Source of the DNA: Gemmatimonadales bacterium
GTDB lineage: Bacteria; Gemmatimonadota; Gemmatimonadetes; Gemmatimonadales; GWC2-71-9
Length of the DNA: 33,648 nucleotides
NCBI GenBank assembly: GCA_050733295.1
Contig: JBOHSQ010000104.1
Coordinates: forward strand, 1 to 33,648
Direction: 5' to 3'
The notes beneath the pieces are model-generated. The model ran no database searches. It was given only the letters and a program-made list of their open reading frames with translations, and was not told the DNA's origin. Numbering within the stretch: the first letter of the stretch is position 1; every line of letters starts with the position of its first letter. This document shows, piece after piece, positions 24,938 to 33,496 of this stretch. Position numbers and translations under genes: made by a program.

Positions 24938-24966
24938 AGAATAGCGTGGTGGGAATCGGATTACAA
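24938..24966 (-). promoter_or_regulatory. candidate sigma70-type promoter for tRNA-Asn (-35 TTGTAA, 17-nt spacer, -10 TATTCT)
   Basis: The minus strand reads cTTGTAAtccgattcccaccacgcTATTCTccatccctcc, followed by the tRNA 5' end. Hexamers and spacing were read directly. No experimental support. Confidence 0.45.
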
Positions 24967-25519
24967 GCTGTTGGAATGCGGGGAGTTAGGGGGGTCGGCC
25001 GGCCTTCGTCCGGGAAAGGCGGGACCGCGGCCTCGGTGAGCGGTGAACGGGCCGCTCCTCGCCCCCGCCCCGGTTGCTTCACCGCAGCAGCGTGGATGGC
25101 GCGGAGGACGGATTGGGGATGGGTGGCACGCGGTCCAGGGAGGTTGGTGTTGAGGTGATGACGTGACAGTGGCGGCAATGCCGCTGGTTGAGGCCCCTGC
25201 GGGACAGACCGCCGATGCGGGGGTGCGGCGGCGGGACAGTGGGTCCTGGGTGGGAGTTATGGCGCCGGACCGGCCAGTTTCCACACGTCGGGAAGTTAGA
25301 CAGCTCGGTCTGCCATCGCGGTACGTCGGGGCAGTGGAGGGAAGCGATCGGTGTGACCGGGATCACAATCGGCAAGTTCCAATGCGCCCAAGAGTTAGGC
25401 AATTTGTGAGCGACTGCTCGCATTTATTTTGATGTGAGTAAGCGCTCGCAAAGCGACACTCAGCCATTTTGGCTCACTGCACAGCGGCCCCGAATCGCAT
25501 AAGTTGTTGTCGAAAAAGA

Positions 25520-25528
25520 TGTTACAAT
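25520..25528 (+). promoter_or_regulatory. candidate extended -10 element (TGtTACAAT) about 42 nt upstream of holB
   Basis: gaTGtTACAATagcc lies in the only AT-rich patch of the window. No convincing -35. Confidence 0.3.
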
Positions 25529-25570
25529 AGCCAGACTCCCCCATTTCGACTTAGCATCTAGTTTGCCACC

Positions 25571-26671
25571 GTGACAATGCACCCGCTGGTGGGACACCTC
25601 GAGGCACGACGGTCCATCGCCGAGGCGGTCGGGGGCGGCAAGCTGCCCCAGACGATCCTGGTGGTGGGGCCGGCAGGGGTGGGGAAGCAGCGGTTCGGGC
25701 TCTGGGTGGCGCAGAGGACCCTTTGTAAGGATGGGCAGGACGGGGAGGTCGAGCCCTGCGGAGAGTGTCGTGAGTGCAGGCTGGTCCTGGGCCTCGCGCA
25801 CCCCGACGTGCACTGGATGATACCGGTCCCGCGGCCGAAGGCCGGCGAGGCCGACAAGCAGGTGGAAGAAGTCGAAGAGGCGATCGCGGGAGTCCTGGCC
25901 GAACGGCGGGAAAAACCGCTGTGGGGCGCACCAGACGGCCTCGCGGGACACGGAGTGGCGACGGCGCGGCTGATCGGACGGCGCGCAGTGCTCACGACGG
26001 TGGAGGGCCGAGGGCGGGTGTTCCTGGTGGGCGACGCGGAGCGGCTCGCGGTTCAGGAAGGCCAGGAGGATGCAGCCAACGCGCTGCTCAAGCTCCTGGA
26101 GGAACCGCCGGGGGGCACGACGTTCGTGCTGACGGCATCGGAGCCGCGGCGGCTCCTGGCGACGATCCGGTCGCGGGCGGTGGCGGTGAGGCTGGGAAGG
26201 CTCACGGACGACGAGGTCCGGGACTTCCTGTCGGCGCGCCTCGACCCGGCGCCCAAGGGGAAGGACCTGGAGGAACGGGTGCGGCGCGCGGAAGGGGCGA
26301 TCGGCGCCGCACTGAGTGACGATGCGGACGAGGCCGCCAAGGCGTATCGCGACGCAGGCACCTTCCTCGAGGCGGTACTGGCGGGACCGGAGACGCGGCT
26401 GGGCGCGGCACTGTCGCAGGGACCGTTCGCGGCACGGGGCGGGTTCACCGCGATGCTCGACGCAATGGCGGACCTGCTGGGCGAGGCGGCGCGCGAGGCG
26501 GCGGGCGGCAAGGCGAGACGGCCGATTCCGCGGGGACTGGGGCGGCGCCCGCTGGACGCGCTGCTGGATGCGCAGGGCCGGGTGGCAGTGGCGCGGGAGG
26601 CGGCGCAGGGGAACGTGAATCCGCAGTTGCTGGCGGGGGTGCTGGGAGTGGAGCTAGGGGCGAGGCTATGA
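25571..26671 (+). CDS. holB: DNA polymerase III subunit delta' (clamp-loader AAA+ subunit)
   Basis: [20 protein letters not shown] (P-loop), zinc module C..x..[41 protein letters not shown] and SRAVAVRL (sensor). GTG 25571 or ATG 25577 as start. Confidence 0.85.
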   Translation: MTMHPLVGHLEARRSIAEAVGGGKLPQTILVVGPAGVGKQRFGLWVAQRTLCKDGQDGEVEPCGECRECRLVLGLAHPDVHWMIPVPRPKAGEADKQVEEVEEAIAGVLAERREKPLWGAPDGLAGHGVATARLIGRRAVLTTVEGRGRVFLVGDAERLAVQEGQEDAANALLKLLEEPPGGTTFVLTASEPRRLLATIRSRAVAVRLGRLTDDEVRDFLSARLDPAPKGKDLEERVRRAEGAIGAALSDDADEAAKAYRDAGTFLEAVLAGPETRLGAALSQGPFAARGGFTAMLDAMADLLGEAAREAAGGKARRPIPRGLGRRPLDALLDAQGRVAVAREAAQGNVNPQLLAGVLGVELGARL

Positions 26672-27198
26672 CGGGCGGGGCGGGCGGGACGGGCGGGAAG
26701 CTCTCGCACCTGGACGAGGAAGGACGGCCCCGGATGGTGGATGTCGGGGCGAAGGCGGTGACGGCGCGGGAAGCCGTCGCCTCGGGCTCGGTGAGGATGA
26801 GCCCGGAAGCCCTGAAGGCGCTGGCATCGGGCCTTCCCAAGGGCGAAGTGCTCCGCACCGCGGAGCTGGCCGGCACCCTGGCGGCGAAGCAGACGAGCGT
26901 CCTGATCCCGCTCTGTCACCCGCTGCCGCTCGACACGGTCGAGGTCCGGGCCGAACCGGACACGGGAATGCCGGGCGTGCGAATCACCGCCACAGTGCGC
27001 GCGACCGCGCGCACGGGCGTGGAGATGGAAGCGCTGACCGCAGTCGCCGTCGCGTGCCTGACCGTCTACGACATGGTCAAGGCCGTGGACCGCGGGATGA
27101 CGATCGAAGACATCCGCCTGCTCCGGAAATCCGGTGGAGCGCGCGGCGACTGGGCGAGGCCAGCCGGTCCGGAGGCCAGTCCCGAGGAGGCACGGTGA
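26668..27198 (+). CDS. moaC: cyclic pyranopterin monophosphate synthase
   Basis: [62 protein letters not shown] overlap with the holB stop. The N-terminal [11 protein letters not shown] is encoded by a G-rich repeat (26670-26700). Confidence 0.93.
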   Translation: MTGGAGGTGGKLSHLDEEGRPRMVDVGAKAVTAREAVASGSVRMSPEALKALASGLPKGEVLRTAELAGTLAAKQTSVLIPLCHPLPLDTVEVRAEPDTGMPGVRITATVRATARTGVEMEALTAVAVACLTVYDMVKAVDRGMTIEDIRLLRKSGGARGDWARPAGPEASPEEAR

Positions 27199-27950
27199 GG
27201 AAACCGACTTCGAAGTACGAAATGCCCGAACGGCCGACCCTGCGCCAGCTCGCACTTCGCGGCACCCTGCTGGCGGCGGTCGTGGCCGCGCTGGGCATGG
27301 CTGCCGGGCTCACCCGCGGCGTGCGCGCCGCGGACGAGACCGAGGCGTCGGGTCTCGAATTCGCCTCCCGCGAAGTGGCGGACCTGCAGGTGCAGCTCAG
27401 CGCGGCCCGGGGCGACCTGGCGGTGGCGAAGCTCGCGACCGAGCGGGCGGAGACGATCCTCAAGTACTCCACCCAGTACCAGATCCCGGCCGACCTGGCG
27501 ACGTCGATCCACGACGTGGCGCTGAGTGAGGGAATCGATCCCTCGATCGGGTTCCGGCTGGTGCAGGTGGAAAGCAACTTCAAGTCGAAGGCCCGGAGCA
27601 GCGCAAGCGCGATCGGGTATACGCAGGTGCGGCTGCCGACCGCGCGTTTCTACCAGGCGGGCATTACCGAGCGGCAGCTGTACGACCGGGACACGAACCT
27701 CAGGATCGGGTTCCGGTTCCTGAAGGACCTGCTGGGGCACTTCGACGGCGACCTGCGGCTGGCGCTGCTGGCGTACAACCGCGGCCCGCAGCGGGTGCGG
27801 GACATCCTGGCGGCGGGCGGCGACCCGTCGAACGGGTATGAGGGCTGGGTGATGGGGCTCAAGCGGAAGGCCCCGGTGCGGCCGGCGGCAGTGGAGGTTC
27901 CCGCTCCCCAGGTTCCGGTGGTCCTGGACTCGGTTCCAGTGGGGACCTGA
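27195..27950 (+). CDS. lytic transglycosylase (SLT domain) with N-terminal membrane anchor
   Basis: Start at GTG 27195 with GAGGAGG 5 nt upstream, overlapping the moaC stop. TM segment [18 protein letters not shown] motifs VQVESNF (catalytic Glu-Ser), AIGYTQV and LLAYNRGP. The 27054 start of the track ORF lies inside moaC and is rejected. Confidence 0.8.
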   Translation: MRKPTSKYEMPERPTLRQLALRGTLLAAVVAALGMAAGLTRGVRAADETEASGLEFASREVADLQVQLSAARGDLAVAKLATERAETILKYSTQYQIPADLATSIHDVALSEGIDPSIGFRLVQVESNFKSKARSSASAIGYTQVRLPTARFYQAGITERQLYDRDTNLRIGFRFLKDLLGHFDGDLRLALLAYNRGPQRVRDILAAGGDPSNGYEGWVMGLKRKAPVRPAAVEVPAPQVPVVLDSVPVGT

Positions 27951-27962
27951 GCAGGTACTCCA

Positions 27963-27998
27963 CCGCGGAGGCGCGGAGGCGCGGAGGGCCGCGGAGGG
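27963..27998 (+). repeat. octamer tandem repeat CGCGGAGG x4 (left arm of a nested palindromic element)
   Basis: ccgcggagg cgcggagg cgcggaggg ccgcggaggg read directly. Inverted copies lie at 28124-28143 and about 28161-28172. Confidence 0.85.
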
Positions 27999-28070
27999 AA
28001 TCACCGCAGAGGCACAGGGGACGCAGAGAACGGCAACAGCTTTTGGGTGAACTGCAACAGCAACAACAAG

Positions 28071-28109
28071 AAAGCGGGGTGGTGGGGAGCGTCCCCATCA
28101 CCCCGCTTT
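28071..28109. terminator. bidirectional intrinsic terminator between convergent transglycosylase genes
   Basis: 18-bp stem aaagcggggtggtgggga / tccccatcaccccgcttt (one G-U pair) with a 3-nt loop. It is flanked by an A-run (aacaacaagaaa) upstream and a T-run (ttcatttt) downstream. Confidence 0.85.
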
Positions 28110-28178
28110 TCATTTTCTCTGCGCCCTCCGCGCCTCCGCGGTGAACGCTGTTGCTGTTCTCAGCGCCTCCGTGATGGA

Positions 28179-29717
28179 TTACCGGACGCGGAGCCGCTGG
28201 CCGACGAGGACCTTGTTGCCGCGCAGGCCGTTCATGCGCTTGAGGCTCGTCTCGGAGATGCCGTAGCGCCGCGAGATCGACCAGACGCTCTCGCCCGGCT
28301 TCACCCGGTGGTACTGGCGCGCGGAGCTGCCGCCCTTGGCGGCGCGGGGCTCGTCGTCGTAGCGCGCGGCGTAGGAGGCCGCCCCGCCGGAGCCGGTCGG
28401 GATGATCAGGCGCTGGCCCACACGCAGCGACTTGGGCTTGACCCGCGGGTTCGCGTCCTGGAGCGCCGAAAGCGACACGCGATAGCGGCGCGCGATGCCG
28501 CCCATGGTCTCGCCCTTCCTCACCCAATGCTCGACGTAGGTAACCCGCTTCGACGCCGGCAGTTCGGCGTAGGCCACCTGGACCGCCGGGCCGGTGGCGA
28601 CGGGGAGGCGGACCATCGAGCGCTCGCCCGGCGGGGTCGCCAGGCGGAGGTAGCGGGGATTGAGCTCGCGCAGGTTCGCCGTCGTGGTGCCGGAGAGCCG
28701 GGCCAGGACGTCGAGGCCGGTCATGTCCGGCACGATGATCGAGTCGTACGCGAACGGCTCGACATCCGCCGGCGGCGCAAACCCGTAGCGCCCCGGCTCC
28801 TTCGCGATGAGCGCGGCGGCGATGAGCTTCGGCACGTAGTCCTTGGTCTCACGGCGCAGCAGCCGGGTGTCGTAGAGCCGGAAGAAGTCGGCGTCGCTCG
28901 GCCCGTCCTCTTCCTCGGCGCCGTCCGCGGCCTCGTCCTCCGGCAGGTCCTCCTCGTCGGCGGGGCCGAGCCGCTTGAGGCCGCGGGAGACGCGCCCGGC
29001 GCCGGCGTTGTACGCCGCGGCGGCGAGGTAGAGCGACCCGAAGCGCTGTTGGAGGTCCTTCAGGTGGCGCGCGGCGGCGTGAGTGGCCCTGTAGGGATCG
29101 CGGCGGTCGTCGACCCAGCGGTCCACGCGGAGGCCATAGCCCCGGCCGGTGGCCTTCATGAACTGCCACATGCCGACCGCGCGGGCACGGCTGGTGGCGC
29201 TGTTGGAGAAGCCGCTCTCGATGAGCGCCAGGTAGACCAGGTCGCCCGGCATACCCTGCTCCGCCAGGCGCTCGCGAATCATGTCCTCGTAGCGCGGGAG
29301 GCGGCCGAGCCAGACGTTCATCCGCTCGCGGCCGGGGCCCTGGAAGAAGTCCAGGTAGTACTGGACCCGGTCGTGCTCGCCGAAGGTGACGACGTCGATG
29401 TCCCAGGTGACGGCGTCGGCGCCGCCGGTTCCATCCTCGGACTCGGGCCCCGAATCGGCCGCGAGGGCGAGGCGGTCGAGCACCGCGGCATCAGCCGCGG
29501 AATCCGCCGCGATCCGGGCCTCTGCGGCGAGCTCCTCCGGAGGCAGTGTCGTGACAGTCGATGGCTGGGCGGCTGGATCGCTGGATGGCTGGCCTTGCGA
29601 GACGACCGGCTTCGGTGACGGAACCGGCTGGTCCGGCAAGGACTTGTGGCCCCCGCAGGCGGCCAGGAAAAGCAATGCGGCGAGCGCTGGAATTCGTCGC
29701 ATCATCAGGGTCTCCAT
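28179..29717 (-). CDS. MltD-like membrane-bound lytic murein transglycosylase lipoprotein with C-terminal LysM domains
   Basis: Lipoprotein signal MMRRIPALAALLFLAAC. SLT motifs LIESGFSNSATSRARAVGMWQF and AAAYNAGAGRV. At least two clear LysM repeats (YVEHWVRKGETMGGIARRY...; YHRVKPGESVWSISRRYGI...LVGQRLRV). The start may be ATG 29705 (GGAG 8 nt upstream) rather than 29717. Confidence 0.9.
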   Translation of the reverse strand: METLMMRRIPALAALLFLAACGGHKSLPDQPVPSPKPVVSQGQPSSDPAAQPSTVTTLPPEELAAEARIAADSAADAAVLDRLALAADSGPESEDGTGGADAVTWDIDVVTFGEHDRVQYYLDFFQGPGRERMNVWLGRLPRYEDMIRERLAEQGMPGDLVYLALIESGFSNSATSRARAVGMWQFMKATGRGYGLRVDRWVDDRRDPYRATHAAARHLKDLQQRFGSLYLAAAAYNAGAGRVSRGLKRLGPADEEDLPEDEAADGAEEEDGPSDADFFRLYDTRLLRRETKDYVPKLIAAALIAKEPGRYGFAPPADVEPFAYDSIIVPDMTGLDVLARLSGTTTANLRELNPRYLRLATPPGERSMVRLPVATGPAVQVAYAELPASKRVTYVEHWVRKGETMGGIARRYRVSLSALQDANPRVKPKSLRVGQRLIIPTGSGGAASYAARYDDEPRAAKGGSSARQYHRVKPGESVWSISRRYGISETSLKRMNGLRGNKVLVGQRLRVR

Positions 29718-29886
29718 CCGGCGGGCGGGGGAACGGGCTCAGGGAGGGCCAATTCCGTGCCACCTCGTCGGATACGACGGGACAGCGGTTCCCAAGGTTG
29801 TCAGGCAGTGACGCTCCGGAGGGGATGCCCGGAAGTCCGGGAGCGTCGCGCCGGGGCCGGCCGTGACCGGCCGTGGGGCCGTGCGG

Positions 29887-30306
29887 CTACCGCATGAAGA
29901 GGCGGTTGCCGAGGATCCGGTTGGTTGCGTTGAGGACGGCCAGCGCGGCAGCGCGCGCCGTGTCGTCCTCGGTGAGACACGAGCCCACCACGCGCGGGGG
30001 CACGCCCTCGCCCTTCGCGCCCAGCGAGACGATGACGACCGTGGAATCGAAGACACGGACCGACTTCACCCCGACCAACTCGAAGACGACCTGCCCCTCC
30101 ACCGCCTTGGAGAGCGCCTGGAGGCACGCCTCCGCGGCGCAGCGCAGTTCCCCGGCCTGAGAGGTGAGGCCGGCGGCCTCGCCGCGGTACTCCTTGCCCT
30201 CGAGCCAGGTGAGGAGGACGGAGGCCTGGCAGCGGCCACTGGGCAGCCGGTCGACCTTGAACTCAGCGAAGCGGAGGCGCTGCTCCGCGCCGAAGGGAGG
30301 GGTCAT
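29887..30306 (-). CDS. hypothetical protein (139 aa), last gene of a three-ORF cassette
   Basis: High GC3. Start placed at ATG 30306 (MTPPFGAEQRLRF...), 7 nt after the upstream stop. Two internally similar segments end in Ala-rich helices (ELRCAAEACLQAL; ARAAALAVLNATNRIL). No family recognised. Confidence 0.6.
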   Translation of the reverse strand: MTPPFGAEQRLRFAEFKVDRLPSGRCQASVLLTWLEGKEYRGEAAGLTSQAGELRCAAEACLQALSKAVEGQVVFELVGVKSVRVFDSTVVIVSLGAKGEGVPPRVVGSCLTEDDTARAAALAVLNATNRILGNRLFMR

Positions 30307-30313
30307 CTCGGGC

Positions 30314-30562
30314 TCAGACGGGATCGAAGCGGACTTCGAGCTGGCGATTGGGCACATCGGGCGAACGCACCACATCGACCTCGAGCCGGGCACGGCCGAG
30401 CTCGTCGGCGTCGAGGGTCAGGACGACGAGGTTGCCGTCGGCCAGCTCGATGCGGAGCTGCCGCAGGTCGGAGCGCATGACGGCGTCGACGACCGTCCGG
30501 CCGCGCAGCTGGGCGAGGGAGTCGGCGACCCGCCGGAGCTCCTGCATGGGGACTTGAGACAT
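30314..30562 (-). CDS. hypothetical protein (82 aa), middle gene of a three-ORF cassette
   Basis: ATG 30562 (MSQVPMQELRRVADSL...). I translated it codon by codon and nearly every third position is G/C. The longer track ORF (to 30775) overlaps the upstream gene and has a shadow-like N-terminus. Confidence 0.6.
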   Translation of the reverse strand: MSQVPMQELRRVADSLAQLRGRTVVDAVMRSDLRQLRIELADGNLVVLTLDADELGRARLEVDVVRSPDVPNRQLEVRFDPV

Positions 30563-30570
30563 GGTGCCGA

Positions 30571-30810
30571 TCAGGCCAGGCGCTCGCCGAGGAACGCGGC
30601 GATCCGCTCGGGCGGAATGGTTTCCGCCTGCGCGAAGACGGCCGCCTTCGAGGCGGATTCGACCGGATAGGGCACCGCGACGGAGGGACCCGTCCCGCCA
30701 TGCGGCCGGCACGACAGGATCAGGCGATAGAGCGCCGAATGGACCCCGCGCTCGGCCGCCGGTGTGACAGCCCATACCGTGTCGCCGACCTCGACTTGTC
30801 GCCAGGCCAT
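30571..30810 (-). CDS. hypothetical protein (79 aa), first gene of a three-ORF cassette
   Basis: ATG 30810 (MAWRQVEVGDTVWAV...) with GGAGG about 10 nt upstream. GC3-rich. No family recognised. Confidence 0.55.
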   Translation of the reverse strand: MAWRQVEVGDTVWAVTPAAERGVHSALYRLILSCRPHGGTGPSVAVPYPVESASKAAVFAQAETIPPERIAAFLGERLA

Positions 30811-31094
30811 GGGTGTCGAACCTCCAGCGCCGTGCTCAGGGGGGAGCGGAGCCAATATCCCCCGTGGCCGGCGGAATGGTCAAGGGAGGGAGGAGGGGGG
30901 ACGGCGAGCGTCGATTGCGAGGCCGAGTTCGGGGACTCGATGAGCGCGGGGTCGGGAACCGGCGTGGAGGGCCGGGGTAGCGGATCGCAGGCAACTGGTG
31001 CGCGGGCCCACTCGACGCCAGTCTCTCCTGCGTTGGCGCCCCCGGGGCATGGGAGGCGCCTCGCGTTCCACCCCTGCCCCGGAGTGCTCGTCCC

Positions 31095-33425
31095 ATGGCA
31101 AGGCAACCGTTCAAGGGCGTGATCAAGCTGGACGTGCGCGATTCGACGCCCGACTGGGAGCCGTTCACCCCAGCGCGCGCGCCGGAAGGCTCCCCGAACA
31201 TCCTGCTCATCACGTTCGACGACACCGGGCTCGCGGCGTGGTCGCCGTTCGGCGGGCGGATCGAGATGCCGACGCTGCAGAAGCTGGCCGACCGAGGCCT
31301 GATGTACTCCCAGTGGCACACCACGGCGCTCTGCTCGCCGACCCGCTCCACCATGCTGACCGGGCGCAACCACCACCTGAACGGATGCTCCTGCATCACG
31401 GAGGCCGCGCAGGGCTTTCCCGGCTGGAGCGGACGACTGCCGGAGGAGTGCGCGACGATCGCCCAGGTGCTGCAGGACGCGGGGTGGAGCACCTACTGGC
31501 TGGGGAAGAACCACAACGTCCCGGAGCAGGACGTCTCCCCGGGCGCGAGCCGGAAGGAGTGGCCGCTGGCGAAGGGCTTCGACCGTTACTACGGCTTCCT
31601 GGGCGGCGAGACCAACCAATGGTACCCCGACCTGGTCGAGGACAATCGCTTCGTGGAGCAGCCCTACGGGCCGGAGGAGGGCTACCACCTCTCCAAGGAC
31701 CTGGTCGACAAGGCGATCGGGATGATCCGCGACCAGAAGGCCAGCAACCCCTCGAAGCCGTGGTTGATGTGGCTATGCCCCGGCGCCAATCACGCCCCAC
31801 ACCATTCGCCCAAGGAATACGTGGACAAGTACAAGGGGAAGTTCGACGACGGCTACGAGGCGTACCGGGAGTGGGCGCTGCCGCGGATGATCAAGAAGGG
31901 GCTGATGCCCAAGGACACCAAGCTCACCCCGATCAATCCGCTGCCGGACGACGTGGCCAACCCGGGTGACCTGGTGCGATCATGGAACTCGCTCAACGCG
32001 GACGAGAAGCGGCTGTTCGCGCGCATGGCCGAGGTGTACGCCGGGTTCTCGGAATACACCGACGTCGAGATCGGACGCCTCATCGACTACCTCGAGACGT
32101 CGGGCCAGTTCGACAACACCCTGGTCTTCTACTGCTCGGACAACGGCGCCTCGGGCGAAGGGAGCCCCAACGGGTCGGTCAACGAGAACAAGTTCTTCAA
32201 CAACTACCCGGACGAGCTGTCCGAGAACATGAAGCTGTTCGACAAGCTGGGCGGGGTGGACACCTACGGCCACTATCCCACGGGGTGGGCGGTCGCGCTC
32301 TCGACGCCGTTCCAGATGTTCAAGCGCTACTCGGAGTACGCCGGCGGCACCTGCTGCCCGATGGTGATCTCCTGGCCCAAGGGGATCAAGGCGCAGGGGG
32401 AGGTCCGCCACCAGTACCACCATTCCACCGACCTGGTGCCGACGATCCTCGACGTCTGCGGCCTGCAGATGCCCAAGGTGTACCGGGGCGTCAAGCAGTA
32501 CCCGCTCTCGGGGGTGTCGATGCGCTACAGCTTCGACGCGAAGCCCAAGGGGAAGACGAAGAAGAAGCGCCAGTACTACTCGATGCTGGGCACGCGCGGG
32601 ATCTGGGAGAACGGCTGGAAGGCGGTGGCGCTGCACGCCCCGCTCACCGGCAAGGGCAACTTCGACCAGGACGAGTGGGAGCTCTACCACGTGGACGAGG
32701 ACCGGTCGGAGTCCACCGACCTGGCCAAGGAGCATCCCGACAAGCTCAAGGCGCTGATCAAGTTGTGGTTCGACGAGGCGGAGGAGAACCTGGTGCTGCC
32801 TCTCGACGACCGGAGCGCTGCAGAGCTGCTGGGCGTCGAGCGGCCCTCCGAGGAGGCGCCCCGGGAGCGGTACATCTACTACCCCGGCACCTCACCGGTG
32901 CCCGAGGGCGTGGCGGTCAACACCCGCGGGCGGTCCTACAAGATCCTGGCCAACGTGGACATCGACGATGGCAAGGCCGAGGGGGTCATCTTCGCGCACG
33001 GCTCGCGTTTCGGGGGCCACGCCCTGTTCGTCAAGGACAACAAGCTCCACTACGTGTACAACTTCCTGGGCATCAAGCCGGAGCAGAAGTTCGTCTCGCC
33101 CCCGCTGGCCCCGGGCAAGCAGACGGTGGGGATGGAGTTCGTCCGCGAGAGGTCGGGGCAGTACGGCGAGTCGATCGGCAAGGCCAAACTGTACGTGAAC
33201 GACAAGGTGGTTGCCGAGGGCGAGCTGAAGACCCAGCCGGGCAAGTTCACGCTTTCGGGCGACGGGCTCTGCGTGGGCCGGGACAGCGGTGACGCGGTGA
33301 GCGAGGACTACACCACCCCGGGCGAGTTCGAGGGCGGGAGCATCCAGGCGGTGGCGGTCACGGTGGAGAAGAAGCAGTACCTCGACCTGGAGAAGCTCGC
33401 TGCGTCGGCGATGGCGGTGGACTAG
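31095..33425 (+). CDS. large arylsulfatase (AtsA-like, about 780 aa class), no signal peptide
   Basis: 776 aa. NILLITFDDTG, the canonical FGly motif LCSPTRSTMLTGRNHH, GKNHNVP, YCSDNGASGEG and a C-terminal beta-rich extension. Confidence 0.92.
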   Translation: MARQPFKGVIKLDVRDSTPDWEPFTPARAPEGSPNILLITFDDTGLAAWSPFGGRIEMPTLQKLADRGLMYSQWHTTALCSPTRSTMLTGRNHHLNGCSCITEAAQGFPGWSGRLPEECATIAQVLQDAGWSTYWLGKNHNVPEQDVSPGASRKEWPLAKGFDRYYGFLGGETNQWYPDLVEDNRFVEQPYGPEEGYHLSKDLVDKAIGMIRDQKASNPSKPWLMWLCPGANHAPHHSPKEYVDKYKGKFDDGYEAYREWALPRMIKKGLMPKDTKLTPINPLPDDVANPGDLVRSWNSLNADEKRLFARMAEVYAGFSEYTDVEIGRLIDYLETSGQFDNTLVFYCSDNGASGEGSPNGSVNENKFFNNYPDELSENMKLFDKLGGVDTYGHYPTGWAVALSTPFQMFKRYSEYAGGTCCPMVISWPKGIKAQGEVRHQYHHSTDLVPTILDVCGLQMPKVYRGVKQYPLSGVSMRYSFDAKPKGKTKKKRQYYSMLGTRGIWENGWKAVALHAPLTGKGNFDQDEWELYHVDEDRSESTDLAKEHPDKLKALIKLWFDEAEENLVLPLDDRSAAELLGVERPSEEAPRERYIYYPGTSPVPEGVAVNTRGRSYKILANVDIDDGKAEGVIFAHGSRFGGHALFVKDNKLHYVYNFLGIKPEQKFVSPPLAPGKQTVGMEFVRERSGQYGESIGKAKLYVNDKVVAEGELKTQPGKFTLSGDGLCVGRDSGDAVSEDYTTPGEFEGGSIQAVAVTVEKKQYLDLEKLAASAMAVD

Positions 33426-33496
33426 GTCGGCACGTACCGGAACGAATCGGGGGTGGGGTTCTACGTGGAATCGGAGTACGTGATCACACGGATGCA

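Noticed and set aside
25000-25030. gtccgggaaaggcgggacc resembling the SRP RNA or RNase P conserved cores
   Set aside because: The resemblance is superficial. The flanking sequence cannot be folded into the domain IV symmetric/asymmetric loops of SRP RNA, and the RNase P GGAAAGUCCGGGC context and downstream conserved blocks are absent.
24853-25570. Integrated mobile element or prophage remnant at tRNA-Asn
   Set aside because: There is no integrase, no direct repeat of the tRNA 3' end, and no phage-like ORFs. The gene-free DNA lies on the 5' (promoter) side of the tRNA, not at its 3' end where integrases usually target.
2891-26700. CRISPR array interpretation of the tandem repeats
   Set aside because: Units are 7-10 bp and directly adjacent with no spacers, arrays are only 35-100 bp, several lie inside conserved genes, and no cas genes are present.
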